Position numbers and translations under genes: made by a program
The notes under the pieces: generated by a model
What the model saw: the letters and a program-made list of their open reading frames with translations, nothing else
What the model was told of the DNA's origin: nothing
The model's database searches: none
Part shown: piece by piece, positions 45,137 through 59,536 of the stretch
Position numbering within the stretch: the first letter of the stretch is position 1
How the letters are laid out: each line of letters starts with the position of its first letter
Assembly: GCA_033442325.1 (NCBI GenBank)
Contig: JAWQFM010000001.1
Span: 2,161,308-2,225,307, forward strand
Direction: 5' to 3'
Length of the DNA stretch: 64,000 bases
Source of the DNA: Salpingoeca rosetta
Lineage: Eukaryota > Protista > Choanoflagellata

Positions 45137-48100
45137 CTACGGGGCGTGATAGCAGAGGAGAACGCCCACGCGCGCGTCAGCCACAGCCGCCTTGAAGTCT
45201 GCGTCGGGCGGGGGGATGCGGCCCGTCTGCTTGCGGATTGCAGTGCGACGCTGGCACGCAGCACGGTACAAGTGGCGCTCCCCTGCAGCCACAACGTAAA
45301 AGGAGGAAGGAAAAGGCGGCGAGGCGGGGGGCGAGCATGAAAAAGAGCGTGAGCATAAAAGAGTGTGGGTCGTGCTATTGGTGCTGGGAAACACGAACGG
45401 ATGAGGATTTGCGTAAGCCCTTCAAACCATGCACAAGCAAATCACAAATACAAGTCCAACCTCGTCCAACACCGCGACCACCACCATTCACCACTGTTAC
45501 CACCAGTTCCTCTTCCCTTGCCCTCCCACATCGCCCCGCTTGCCACTCACCGAGACCAACGACAAGCAGGAGGTCGTTTGCGTGTGCGTCTGTCGGCGCC
45601 AGTGCCTGCACCAACTCATGAACCGTCGTTGCGGCATCAGCAACCGCTTCCCCACGCCCCAACGCCTGGTCAAGCGCAGCCGTCTCAACGACAAGCAGCT
45701 TGCTCGCCCGTGCAACGCTGCCGTTCACTGCCCGCTTCGCCTCTGCAAGCGTGTCGGCCTGCACCACATGCACGCCAAACTTGGACATGGCCTGGCACAG
45801 AAAGTGCGAACCAATGACGCAACCAGTGTGCTTTGGATCAAACTGCCGCACACCAGCAGGTGTCGCACTCCCCTGTCCACGCGCATCCCCTTGCTTACCA
45901 CCACCTTTCTCCTTCCCACCATCACCATCCTCACCACCACCATTACCACCATCACCATCCTCACCACCACCATTACCACCATCACCATCCTCGCCTTCGT
46001 CCATCCTCCTCCTCCTCCTCCTCCTCTCTTCCTGCTCCTCCTCGCGCTGCTGCTGCTGCCGCTCCAGCCGCCTGCGCGTGTGCACGAAGACATTGGTTTC
46101 CTCGTCCGGCGGCCTGAGCGACGACCGCCCCTTCTCCAACTTCAACTGCGCCAGATGCAGACACGCGCGCGCGTCCTCAATGCTGCAGTGCCCGTGGGAC
46201 GCAGCGCTCGCAAGCACAACCGATGACTTTGACGCCGTCGTTGTCGTTGTTGTCGTCGTCGTGGCTGTTGTGGAAGGGTTCTGTACCACCATGCTGACCT
46301 GTTCTGCGGGCGCCGCAACACTCGCGCCGTCCTCGCTCTTTGCCCGCTTCACCTGCTGCTCCTCATCATCATCGTCATCGCCGTCTGTAGCGGTTGCTGG
46401 TCCTGTGGCTGTCGATGTGGACATTGCCTCGGTGGTGTGAGCGCGGTCCGTGGCGCCGCTCTGCTTGCTGTCGTTGTTGCTGGTGGTGGTGCTGTTACTG
46501 GTGTTAGCGTTGCTGTTGGTAGCGCTGCTTGTGGTTGCCTCGTGTGCTGCCCGCTTCCTTTGCTGATGCTGCACCGCTGCCGTTGTAGTCGTAGTCGTGG
46601 TCGTGGTCGTGGCTGTGGTCGTGGTTGTTGCCTGTGCGGCAACCATGGAAGTGCTGCCCTGCGCTGTGGTGATGACTTGTGCCACTGCCACCTCACGTGA
46701 TAATGACGTTGTCTTTGCTGCGGTCGCACCCTTGTCCTTTGTTCCATCGTCCTGTGCAGTCGATGCGCCTGATTGCGCCGGCGTTCGTGTCGTCGAGACT
46801 CTTGCCATCACCGTGGACACCGACACGGCCGCCCCCTGCTTATTCTCCTGTGCCACATCGCCACCATCACAATCATCACCATCATCATCGCCACCATCAC
46901 CAACACGAGCCACACCGCTCTGCTGTGGGGTGACTTGCCCCTCCCGCTGAATGCGGCGCTGCAAGTGCGACTCTGCCAGCGTCTTCAGCTTGGGCTTGTA
47001 CCCGCCCCGCCGCGTGCCCTGGTACAGGATGGCCGTGTCGACGATGCGTGTGTGCCGCAGCGAGAGCGCGCGGAGATCGTTCTCGAGCGAGTGGCCGACG
47101 AGGATGTCGTGGCGCGTCATGATGCTGCACATTGCGCGGCGCACGTCAGCCAGGGTGGTAGTGACGCCCTCCAGCATGGCAGCCGTGATGCCGCTGTACT
47201 TGGTCACGTAGTCGCGAATCGGGTTTGGCGGCTGCACCAGCGTGTCCAGCACAACGCGATCGCGCTCGTCAATGATCGAGATGCGCGTCAGCTCAAACCC
47301 ATTGTCCGTAATGCACATCTCACAGTCGAGAGCAAACACCCGCGGTGACATTTGCTGCTGCTGCTGCTGCTGCTGTTCGTGCTGGTGTTGCTGTGGTGGT
47401 ACGACTGCTGCTGGTGCTGTTGGTGCTGTTGTCTTGCTCGCACCATCAGTGCCGCCGGCGCTTTGGCCGTGGTTACCATTGCCACTGTGCCTGGCATCAG
47501 GCAGCTGCCAGTACGATGGCGGAGGTGCAGCGCTGCTGCTGGTGGTGGCTGTGGACGGCGAGGACCGCGACGCGCTTGCCGGCTGGCTGGCATGACTGGC
47601 TGTGTCGGTGACAGGCAGGTATTCGTTGTCGATGAGCTGCTGCTCCGTCAAGAGGAGGTCGGTCCACGTGATGCGGTCGTCATTCTCGTCGTGTGCACTG
47701 CTGCCTTGCGAGGAAGAATTGTTCTTCTTGGACTTGTTCTGCTTCTTCTGCTGATAGCGGGGTGGTGGGACGGAGTTCAGAAGAGCAATGGATCCAATCT
47801 CCACAAACGCATCCGCACCCGGCAGCTTCAGCACCCGCTTGAAGGAGGGCGTCGGTGTCGCTTCTGACGGCTGCGTGGGCTCCGACGATGGGGCTGACGT
47901 TGACGTTGAGGCGACGCCCGTTGAAGCGACGCCCGTTGCGCCCTCATCCTTGACTTGGAGCTGTTGAGCGGGAGTGTCGTTCTTGCTTGCGTTGGTTTTG
48001 GGTGAAGATGAAAGTGCTGCTTCAGGCTCACCAAACGGAACACCCACGACTCGCTGGCACGTGCGCAGGGAGTCGGGCGAGAGGCCTTGCACAAGAAGGA

Positions 48101-48482
48101 CGCGAACCTGCCCGAGGCGTTCCTGGTGCTCGAGCCGAAATCCGTGGCTCTTCGGGGCGACAGTGCCAAAACCAAGGAGGGTGTGCAGGATTGCGGCGAC
48201 GCCGCGCAGTTTCAGTGCTTGATTGGGTTGTGTGCATGTCAGCTGCATGCGCTTTCGCTTCTCCTTCTTCTTCTTGCGGTTTTGGCGGCGCCGTGCACCC
48301 TTGCCTGGTTTTTGCTTTTGCTGCTGCTGCTGCTGTTCCTGCTGCTGCTGTTCCTGCTGCTTTTGCTCGTGCTCCTGCTGTTGTTGTTGTTGCTGCTGCT
48401 GCTGCTCCTGCTGCTGCTGCTGCTGTGGTTGCCCTTGTTGAGGGGCTGTTGTGGCCACAGACCCTTGATCCTGATCCATCAT
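45137..48482 (-). CDS. DEDDh 3'-5' RNA exonuclease (REXO1/REXO5/Rex1 family)
   Basis: ExoI VFALDCEMC, DYVTKYSGIT, ExoII ILVGHSLENDLRAL, IVDTA, ExoIII GHCSIEDARAC. Intron 45550-45283 (CG|gtgagt..cag) leads to last exon GERHLY..ARVGVLLCYHAP*. Confidence 0.9.
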
Positions 48483-48544
48483 CAACGTGCCAAGTGAAGT
48501 TTGGATGATTTGTGAATGATTTCACGCAACAATCAGCAGTCAAG

Positions 48545-50225
48545 ATGGACGTGGGCACGTTGCTGCGAGTGTCAAAGGTGTGCGAGGTGCATGTGTATGT
48601 GTGTGTGCATGTGCGTGTGTACGTGGAAGTGTGTTTGAGTGCACGTACATTCGTGTTTGTATGTGTGTGTGTGTGTTTGAGTGCATGTGTGAGCGTCAGT
48701 ATTTGCCAGACATTGCTGAGTGAATCACATCACGGTTGGCATCAAGCAAGCAAGTGATACAACCGCATGAGTTGAACTGACTGACTGCATGCTGTACATG
48801 AATGTGCAGGAAGGGGGCGAGGCAGCGCAGGCTGTCGCCGAGCAGCGCGAGACCATCTTGTTCTTGCTCAACACGGCACTGAGTGCCAACAAGACACACA
48901 AGGCACAAGACCACCAACAGCAGCAACCAGCGGAGGAGCAGCTGGCAGCTGTGCGTGCGCTGCGCAACTTCTGCCAATTCGGCAGCCATGTACAACATGC
49001 CATCACGGAGGATGCAGCGCAACTGAGGCAGCTGGCACGCAAGGCCGCTTTTCACGTGAGGCGTGCTGATGGTGTGGATAACACGGTGTTCTCAACAACT
49101 CACGAGCAGGAACAACAACAACAACAGCAGCAGCAGCAGCAGCAGCAGCAACAGCAACAGCAGGAACAGGAGCAAGCCTGCGACAATGAAGGCAGGACGT
49201 ATGGCTTCGCCACTGAGGAGACCTTTACAGCAAGCGAGCACGAAGCCTTGGCCAAGGCGTGCTTTCAGTGTCTGGCAAACTCATGTGCGGGCAACCCAGC
49301 TGCGCAAGAAGCCGTGTGGCAGGCCGCCTTTCCACAAACACTGAGCGCCGGCGTTGCTTCAGCAATCCCCATCGTGAAGACAGCAGCGACCATGATCACA
49401 TATACATGCATCAACTCGCACAGCCACTTACTGGAGCAGCTGTGCAGCGAGCACGCGGTGCTGGCCGCACACGTTGTACTGCAACTGGAGACTGTCGGCG
49501 ACGATAAAGATGACCAGGGTGGTGAGAGCGGTGTGCGGCGGCAACAAAGCCACGATCGAGACTGGGCCATTTTCTTCGTGGAGGCACTCGTTGGCAGCCC
49601 ACACTTTGCATTACTGATGCGCTCCGTGGTGCAGCTCGGACAACAACAGCAGCAGCAGCACAGTGCTGACAGTGGTGAGGCAGATGATGAAGAAAGCGAT
49701 GAGAAAGCGAGAGGTGAAAACGCCCAGACGGACGGCAGGGACGATGAGACCAGCAATGGAGACGAGGAGAAGAAGGACGATGAGAAAGATGAGAAGGCGA
49801 AACAGCACGACAAGCAGCAGGAAGATGAACAACACAGGCAACAGCATGAAGATGGAAGTGGTCATGGCGAGCGTGGATCTACGAGCCGATATGAGAGTGC
49901 ACGCGGCGTTCAGGCAAAGACGGCTGTCCTCAAGTTCTTGGAGGCACGCACCAGCGCACCCATGCTGGCGCTGGTGGTGGACGGGACCTTGGACGCCAGT
50001 GACACAGCTGCGCACGAGAATGCAGAACAGTTTCACATCTCTTCAACTGCCATCGCATACCTCAAGCAGAAGTTCCAAGAGCTCTCCTTTCTGGTGCGTG
50101 CGTTTGTATGTGTCTGTGAATGTGTGTGTGCGTGTGTGTGCGTGTGTGTGTGTGTGTGTATGTGTGTGTGTGTGTCTTGTGTGTCTTGTGTGTTTGTGTG
50201 TGTGTGTGTGTGTGTGTCGTGTGTC

Positions 50226-50275
<50 letters not shown>

Positions 50276-51849
50276 ATGTTTTTAGCGTCGTCACCTGTCA
50301 CGTCCTCGTGCCCCCACATTCCCTGCGTGTACGGTACATGCGTGCTCATCTTGGGTCGTTTGCAGGCTGGGGACGAGGAGTGGTGGACAGATACGCAACA
50401 GCGTGCCGCTGCGTTGCACTTTCTGCTCATCACGCGCACACTCGCGAACCTCGCCAAGTTCACTTCCACCAACGTCTGTGTGTGTGTGCCTGTGTGTGTG
50501 TGTGTTGTCATGCTTTAAGCGTTGTCGCCTATCATGCCCTCATGCTGCTCGCATTGCCTGCGCTCACCTTCCTTGTCCATACGCTATTTGTGGTGCTGTC
50601 AACGTTCAGTTGCGTCGCGATATTGGACAGGGTGGTGTTATCTCCGCTGCTGTTGATCTCCTCGCTGCCGTACGTGCACGCGTGCCCTTGTGTGTCTGTG
50701 TGTCTGTGTGTCTGTGTGTCTGTGCGTGTGTGTCTGTGTGTCTGTGTATCTGCCTGTGTGTCTGTCTCTGTGTCTCTATATCCCTGTGCGCAGCCGGAGC
50801 TGGCGCATTCTGTTTTCGAGCTCATGTATCCGTTGCTCCCATGCGCATCACCACAGTGCCGCTCATGGAAGCATCGAACGACAGCAGCAAAGAAGAGCAC
50901 AGCAACAGCAACAGCAACAGCAACAGCCAACGCAACAGCCACAGCCACGACGGCTGCTACTTCTTCGGCACCTACTACTGCCACGACGAATCAGGCCTCA
51001 ACGGCAACGGCTGCGACCAATGATGATGGCGGTGACGGCGTGTTTCCGTCGTTTGCAAAGGGCATGGTGCGGGATGTGATCCGGCTCATTGCCAACCTCG
51101 CTTACCTCTGCCGCGCCAACCAGGACACGTTCAGGCAACTCGAAGTACGCATGTGCAATCGTGTCAACGTGTTTGTTTGTTTGTATGTTGTGTTTGCTGC
51201 CTTGCTTCCTTCCTTCCTTCCTTCCTTGCTTCCTTGCTTGCTTGCTTGCTTGTGTGTTTGTGTGTTTGTGTGTTTGTTGTGCTTGCTTGCTTGCTTGCTT
51301 GTGTGTTTGTGTGTTTGTGTGTTTGTTGTGCTTGCTTGCTTGTTGATTGCTTGTTTGTGTGGTTGCGCTGCTTGTCCATGTGAGTGCTGACTGTGACCCT
51401 GACTCCTGGTGTGACATGCAGGGATTTCCGCCTCTGCTGGAGCGATTCTTGCACGATGACAACAACCCGTTCATTCGAGGTGCGCTCCATGCCCACGTGT
51501 GTGCACGCACATCTGCGTGTACCACTCAACTCTACTGTGTGTTCGTTTGCATGTGCATGGCTGTGATCTATTTGGCTCCTGCCTTCATGTAGTGTCTGCA
51601 TTGATCATTGCTGAACATCATTTTTACCTGCTTGGGTTCCACATAGAGTGGGCGACAGTGGCCGTTCGAAACCTGTGCGAGGGCAACGAGGACAACCAAG
51701 CCTTGCTCCGTGCAACCGAGCGCGTTCCAAAGGACGTCATTAACAAAGAGGTGTGTGTGGGTGTCTGTGTCCGTGTCTGTGTGTCTGTGTGTGTGTGTCT
51801 GTCTGTCTGTCTGTGTGTGTGTGTGTGTGTGTCTGTCTGTCTGTCTGTG

Positions 51850-51908
<59 letters not shown>

Positions 51909-52132
51909 GTGTGTGTGTGTGTGTCTGTCTGTCTGTCTGTCTCTGTGTGTGTGTGTGTCTGTCTGTTTGCGTGTGTGCGCGCTGCACATCTGCTGATATG
52001 GCTTCTTTTCTCCGCTCAACACCACCATGTGCGTGATTGGCCCTTCAGGAACTGCAATCCATCTATGGGGTGGACGTTGAGATTGACGAGGCCTCTGGGC
52101 GATTGCGTGTCAAGCAAACGCAACGAAAATGA
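48545..52132 (+). CDS. ATXN10: Ataxin-10 homolog (ARM repeats, C-terminal Atx10 domain)
   Basis: [27 protein letters not shown], and C-terminal [60 protein letters not shown]. Confidence 0.92.
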
Positions 52133-52347
52133 TCCAAGCTGTTCGGGCATCGGTGGGTGTATGTCTTCTGAGCATTGTGATAGCCTCTTCCCTGTGTGAC
52201 ATGGCAAGCTGTTGTGTGTCACAAGCGCCACACAAGCGCCACACAACACACACATCGATTGTCACAACATGATGACACCGCCCACCGGCCTTCCGACACC
52301 ATAAATCTCAAGGCCGCCATATCCGCACAACGCAAACAACTGTGACG

Positions 52348-53379
52348 ATGAGCAGCGGCGTTGGTGGTGAACAGCAGCAGCAGTATGCGCCGCAGACGCT
52401 GGTCGCCGGCCGCGCAAAGCGTGTCACAGCAGGCAACCGGTAGGCTGCTTTGAGGGAGTGGGAGAGCAGGTGTGAGGGAGGGGCGCGGTGGTTGAAGCAA
52501 CACGCTGGTCTGCCTGGGCATGGCCCAAGCCCCGCGTGCAATGGCATAAAACTGCACACGTTCACACACATGGCTGCGTGGGTTGCTTTCGCTCTTGCAC
52601 ACAGCATGTCGCGGCTGATCAACCAGGAAGAAGGAAGTGATGATGAGTTCTACAAGGAATACTATGGCGAGAACGTGTTCCTGGAGGAGGACTCGGAGTT
52701 TACGTCCGAGGAAGAAGAAGGTTCGCACAGCACAGCACGGCATACTGTCGATGATCTCCCCATAACATCATCATCATCATCGTCATGCTTCAACATACAA
52801 CGGCACACGTGCATGCATCCAACATGCACATGTATGAGCACACTCTCGATCACACATCACGTACGTGACACGGCTCGTTCACGCCTTGCATGTCCCTTGC
52901 ATGTTCTGTGTTGCTGCCCACACTACAGACGAGAGCGATGAGTTTGACAGCGACTTTGTCACGGAGGACGAAGATGAGGGCGAAGCACCAGAAGACGTTC
53001 CAGTCGAGAAAGTGAGCCAGCCTCTTGCTTGCTGTCTGTCACCCAGCACACGGCCGCGCCTGTATCTTTTGCCGTCCCACCACGCTTCTCCCTGCCCGAA
53101 GCGCTGGTTCATTACTGCCTCACTGCCTCACTGCCTAACACCGCCCATGTTCATCCTCTTGCCACCATCATATTTTTGTGACGCCATGTCCTTGTCACAT
53201 TGCAGAAGAAGAGGCGCGCCAACGTTTACGTTGATCCGCTGCTCAAGGCTGCAAAGAGGGCAAAAGCAGGTATGCACGGCACCTGCCGTTGAGTGCTTGC
53301 TGCGCCATGAGCGTGCTATGGATCGTGCTCGTTACCTTCCGAATCGTTCACACCAATGGTGTGTCTCTGTGTCTGTGTA

Positions 53380-53440
<61 letters not shown>

Positions 53441-53806
53441 GTCTGTGGGCCTGTATGTATGTGTGTGTGTCTATGTGTGTGTGTGTGTGGTGCCACTGCA
53501 GGATCTCGCGCGCCGCGGACACCCAAGAGGACCAAGCCGCGGTCGCGATCATCATCATCATCGGCGTCCCGCGTGCCAACCATGGACCGTGAGCTGAAGA
53601 ACCTCGCCAGCTCAACGGGGTTCAGAGACAAAGGTGATAACAACACCTGCACCCCTTGCTTGTCTCAGTACTTTCTTCACCACGCGCGCTTGTGCACCGA
53701 TACATGTGCTCCTTGCTGCCGACCTGACCCAACTCACTCGCTCTTCTGTGTGTGTGTGCGTGTCTGTGTTTGTGTGTATGTGTGTGTGTGTGCGTGTCTA
53801 TGTGTG

Positions 53807-53849
<43 letters not shown>

Positions 53850-54363
53850 CTGTGTTTGTGTGTGTGTGTGTGTGTGCGTGCGTGTGTGTGCAGTGGAGAT
53901 TCTGGATGAAGATGCTGAGACAACGCGGCGGCGCTCGCGACGAAGGTCTGTTGTCGCACTATTGCTATTGACGATGGTCGTGATGGTGTCTGTGACGTGT
54001 GATGTGTGTGTGATGTGTGGCGTTTGCGTCAGACATGTGCATCTTGTGGGCTGCACTGCTGACACCGTGCATGTGTGTACGTTTGTGCGCTCTTGCTTGA
54101 ATCCCTGCCAGGGTCGTGGTCAAGAAGAGGGAAGAGCAAGAACAGAACAAGAAGGAGAAGAAGGTGCGTTTCCTGTCATGCAATGATGATGGTGAAGGTA
54201 TCGACATGATGTTGTGCAGCAGCCGCTGTCGAGCGCAATAAGTACATGCACCATGGATTGGTTCGCCCACGCCTCTGCACGCACACGCACACACACATGC
54301 ACGTACATGCATTCCACTGGCGGTGCCCATCAGGTCTGGAGATGCCAATGTGGAGCGAGATAG
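52348..54363 (+). CDS. VPS72: VPS72/YL1/Swc2 H2A.Z chaperone, N-terminal part only
   Basis: [50 protein letters not shown] matches the YL1 N-terminus. Last exon uncertain, and no YL1-C domain was found. Confidence 0.75.
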
Positions 54364-54459
54364 TGTGAGCGGGCAGCCACCGCTGTATCCAGAGCACGTG
54401 GGGCCACACATGAACATATTCCGTGCCCTTGGGTTTGGCAACTGATGTTGTACGTGCGT

Positions 54460-54525
<66 letters not shown>

Positions 54526-54870
54526 GTGTGTGTGTGTGTGTGTGCGTGTGTGTCAGTTGTTTACCAGCAGTGTTTGTGTGAGTGGGGCAATGTGATGTAA
54601 GCGAGGAGTACCACAACGCAAGTTACGCATTGTACTGATGGCTGCGGGTGTCATACGAGAGCGAAGGAAAAGGTCTAGCACAATAAACCAGCAACGACTT
54701 CGTGAAGTGAGATTGGTTGCAGCCCAGCCACACCCGTACACTCACTCACTCACTCACTCACTCACAAACACACACACACCCTGCTCGTACACAGCAAAGT
54801 GGCGCGAAAACCACCAAATGCGTCCTTTTTAACCCCAGCCAACAACAGAACAGCACGTTGAGTCGGGGAT

Positions 54871-57605
54871 ATGCAGGGTGTGTCGGCAAGTGCCGTGGTG
54901 TTGGTGTTGGTGGTCGCACTGCTCGGATACTATGCAGGCGACATGGCGCGAGTGGGGCTGATGGCGGCGGAGCGCGAGCTGGCTCTTGCTCAGCGTACAC
55001 GGTCCGATCTCCTCGCCGCCCTCAACACGAGCAGACGGGAGCAGCAGCTACTCAAGGACAACCTGCTGCAGCTGCAGACGCGTGCCATCGACCTCGGTAA
55101 GGGCTTATTTGTTGCTGGCCCCGCCGGGGCTGACGCGCATGCGCATGGCCATGACATCAGCGCGGCCCCAGTCGATGGCGAGGTTGCCCCTCTTCGCGAC
55201 GGCCAGCCGTCCCTCAAGCTCTGGAAGTCATCTGCCCCCTTGGATGTGCTTCGCAGCCGCATGCCGTGTCGTGACGCGGTCTCCCCTGTCAACGCGGACC
55301 TCCCCATCTACGTGTTTGTTGCGGGCGTCGAGGGCGCCGGCCACCACGCGCTGGAGACGGTGTGGCGCGGGCTGCAGCAGTACTACGACCTGCACATGAT
55401 CGGCTACAACCCCGGCCTGCACTCGTTTGCCAAGGACAGGGATGTCGATCGCGCCTACCAGTTCCCCACCATCGACTTTGAGCGGTACAAGGGGCAGATA
55501 CAGAGGTTCCTCGCCAAGCCAGACATCTCGGGCAAGCGGCTTGTCATCGACTCGCGCAACTCGTATCCAGAAGGGTTTGGTGTCGGGGCACTGGCGCACC
55601 CAGACCTCGTGTACCTGTCTCAGCTCGACGGTGTGCTGTTTGACCTGCGCGTGCTCGTGGTGCTGCGCGACCCGGTGGACTGCGTCATGTCTGCGGTGCG
55701 CAGGTTCCAGGTGAAGGAGTTCCAGTACAAGAACCCCCAGTTCCAGGCGCGCGCTGTGCAGGAGTCGCTGTCCATGATCAACAACGCTGTGCATACGCTG
55801 CCGTGTGGCAAGGTGCTTGCCCTGCCCTACGAGGAGTTTGTCACCACCCCGCGCACGTTCTCCCAGGACCTGGCCCAGCTCGTTGGCGTGCGCAAGGTGC
55901 ACATGGACAGATGCCTGACGGAGGTTCGCAGCCCGAGCGAGAAGACATACACCCCTGAACAGCAGCAGATGCGGGACCAGCTGCGCACCTTCTTCCAGCA
56001 ACAGTCCGTGCTGTGGCCTCTCCTCTCCAAGCCATCGCTCCTGCCTCGTGTGAACATTGGTCGCGGCCCAGTCTCACCAGCCAGCGCCCGCGCGCAGGGT
56101 GGCGTGCACCAGCAGCACCAGCAGCAGGAAGAAGAAGGTCGTCAACACCAGCAGGAACAACCTGCCAGCGACAAGGACGCCCCACACTCGACTCGCACCC
56201 TTGCGCCCGTGAGTTGTGTGTGTGTGTGTGTGTGCGTGTATATTTGTATGTGTGTGCGTGTATATTTGTATGTGTGTGTGTGTGTGTGTGCAAATGTGTA
56301 TGTGTACGCGTGTATGTGTGCCTCCCCGTTTGTCGAAGAGGCTGCCTTTTTTTCGTTCCGTGTGCGCACACAGTCGCTTGCCACTCACATCCACTCCCCA
56401 ACCGCCTGAACACGTGCTAACAACTTCAGGTTGCTGAGGACAAGTTTCTCCGCATCAACTACTTCCTCCACCTCGGGTTCAACAACGTGCGCTTCATCAT
56501 GGAGATTGGCTTCCTTATGGCCAACTCTCTCAACCGCCAGCTCTTACTGCCAGACGCGCTGCGCATGCGCCGCTGCGTCAACCCGGACCTGTGTGCCGCG
56601 GCCCCCTGCAAGCCGCCCGGCAAGAGCGCAGGCCACTACTGGTGCCCGCTCGAGCACTTCCTCGACGTGCGCGCCCTGGAGGAGAACGGCGCCCGCCTTG
56701 CGCGGGGCGGCATGGATGCGTTTGCAAAGGGCAAGTCCGTCAAGGTGGTCAAGTCTGCGTTTGTGGACGTGTACGACAAGCAGCTGCTGTGGCTGGACCG
56801 AATCCCAGCAGAGGTGCAGGCTGCGATGGACAACGCGCAGAGCGGGACCATGACCTACCACCGCTTCCATCTTGGGTGCGAGCTGTCCTACTTCAAGGTC
56901 GTCCACGACAAGTGGACGTACACGCAGGACAACGTGCGCTCGTTCCCAGCGCAGTTTGCGGCCGAGGAGGACGTGTTGTACCTCGATGGCACGCCGCACA
57001 ACATTGGGCTCACCCCTTTCTTCTGGGGCCGAGAGGACGATGCACGATTCGCGCCCGCAGCGTGGCAGGACGCACTCGTGTACGCCCTTCCCGTGCGCGC
57101 ATACGCACGCGCCATCGCAGAGGAAGTGCAGAAGCGCAGCAAGGTCGGCACTTTCGTGTGCGTGCACCTTCGCCGCGGGGACTTTGTTGACGCCGGGTGG
57201 CTGGGCAACGCGGAGGATCTGAGCTACGTGGAGAAGCGTGTGGGAGACCTGCTTGGAGAGGGGGAGGGCCTGTATCTGGCGACAGACGAGTTGGACGGCG
57301 ACAAGCTCAGGGGCCTGCGCGAACTGGGCGCGCTGCAGTGGAACGATATGCTGGACACCCTGCAACAGGTGCAACTGAGCAACCCCGACGGCGACGACAA
57401 CAACAATGACAACAACAGCAACAGCAACAGGAAGTACAACGAAGCTGCACGGGCGCTGCTTGGGTTTGAGGACTACATTGGGCTGATCGAGCAGCAGGTG
57501 TGCGGGCTGGCGCGGGCCTTTATCGGGTCAAAGTGCTCGTCGTTCACCGGCGGCATCCTCAACATCCGCCGTGCCAGGGGTGACAGCCACTATCTCCACT
57601 TCTAA
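54871..57605 (+). CDS. Type II membrane protein: sulfotransferase-like domain fused to a GDP-fucose O-fucosyltransferase (POFUT-like) domain, about 837 aa
   Basis: N-terminal TM SAVVLVLVVALLGYY and coiled stem; P-loop VFVAGVEGAGHH and VLVVLRDPVDCVMS, LPYEEF. Phase-0 intron 56209-56429, then LGFNNVR..NRQLLLP, CVHLRRGDF, LYLATDE, IEQQVCGLARAFIGSKCSSFT. Confidence 0.85.
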
Positions 57606-57716
57606 TGCATGTGTGTGTGTGTGTGTGCGTGGTGTGTGTGTGTGTGCGTGCGTGGTGTGTGTGTGTGTGCGTGGTGTGTGTGTGTGTGTGTGTGCGTGGT
57701 GTGTGTGTGTGTGCGT

Positions 57717-57761
<45 letters not shown>

Positions 57762-57867
57762 GCGTGTGCACGGGTGTGTAGGCGTGTGCACGGGTGTGTT
57801 CCTGCATGCTGACGTGGGTGAACACGGATATGAGTAGGATGTTTACTAATACAGCCAACGAGTCACT

Positions 57868-58745
<878 letters not shown>

Positions 58746-58773
58746 GTGCGTGTGTGACGTGCGCCACGTGCAG

Positions 58774-59205
58774 CGTTCGCCGCACTTCAAGAACGAGTAC
58801 TTTATTGACGAGCTCTTCCAGGGCCTCCTCAAGGGTGCGATCCCTGTTGTGTACACGTGGACGAACGCGAGAGTGTGTGCAAGTGTGTTTGAATGCGTGC
58901 GTGCGCGTGTGTGTGTGTGTGTGCGTGTGTGTGTGTGCGTGCGTGTGTGTGTGTGTGTGTGAGAGAGAGAGCGCGAGTGTGTGCATGTATGTGCATGCAT
59001 GCATGCAGGTAGTTGCCCGAGCATGCAATGCTGCGTGTGTCGCAGTCGACTGCTAATGGGGTGCTGCGGTTGGTTGTGTGTTCGCTGCACTACGACAGAC
59101 ATCAACTCGAAGCGCATTCGCAGCATCGCCACAAATCTGCGCAAGTTTGCGGAAGGAAAGGACAAGAAGGCAAAGGTACACCCCACGCTGGGACACGTGC
59201 CCCTG

Positions 59206-59278
<73 letters not shown>

Positions 59279-59497
59279 AATACGTGCACGCATTTGACAT
59301 GCATTGGTTGGTACTTGCTGCTTGCTCATGTTATTTCAACCACGGTGGCGTGCGTGCGTGTGTGTGCAGGAGAAAAACACGAAGCCGAAGAAGGCACAGC
59401 TGGCAAAGGGCCGCGTAAGTCTCGCATACGCCTCTTTGACTTGCTTTGCTCCATCACGGACGTGGCGGCCCTGTTTCCCCCTGCCTGCATCGTCTCT

Positions 59498-59536
<39 letters not shown>

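Noticed and set aside
45375-45550. C-terminus of the 1036-aa ORF as given in the ORF track
   Set aside because: A strong gtgagt donor at 45550 and an in-frame downstream exon indicate this part is intron.
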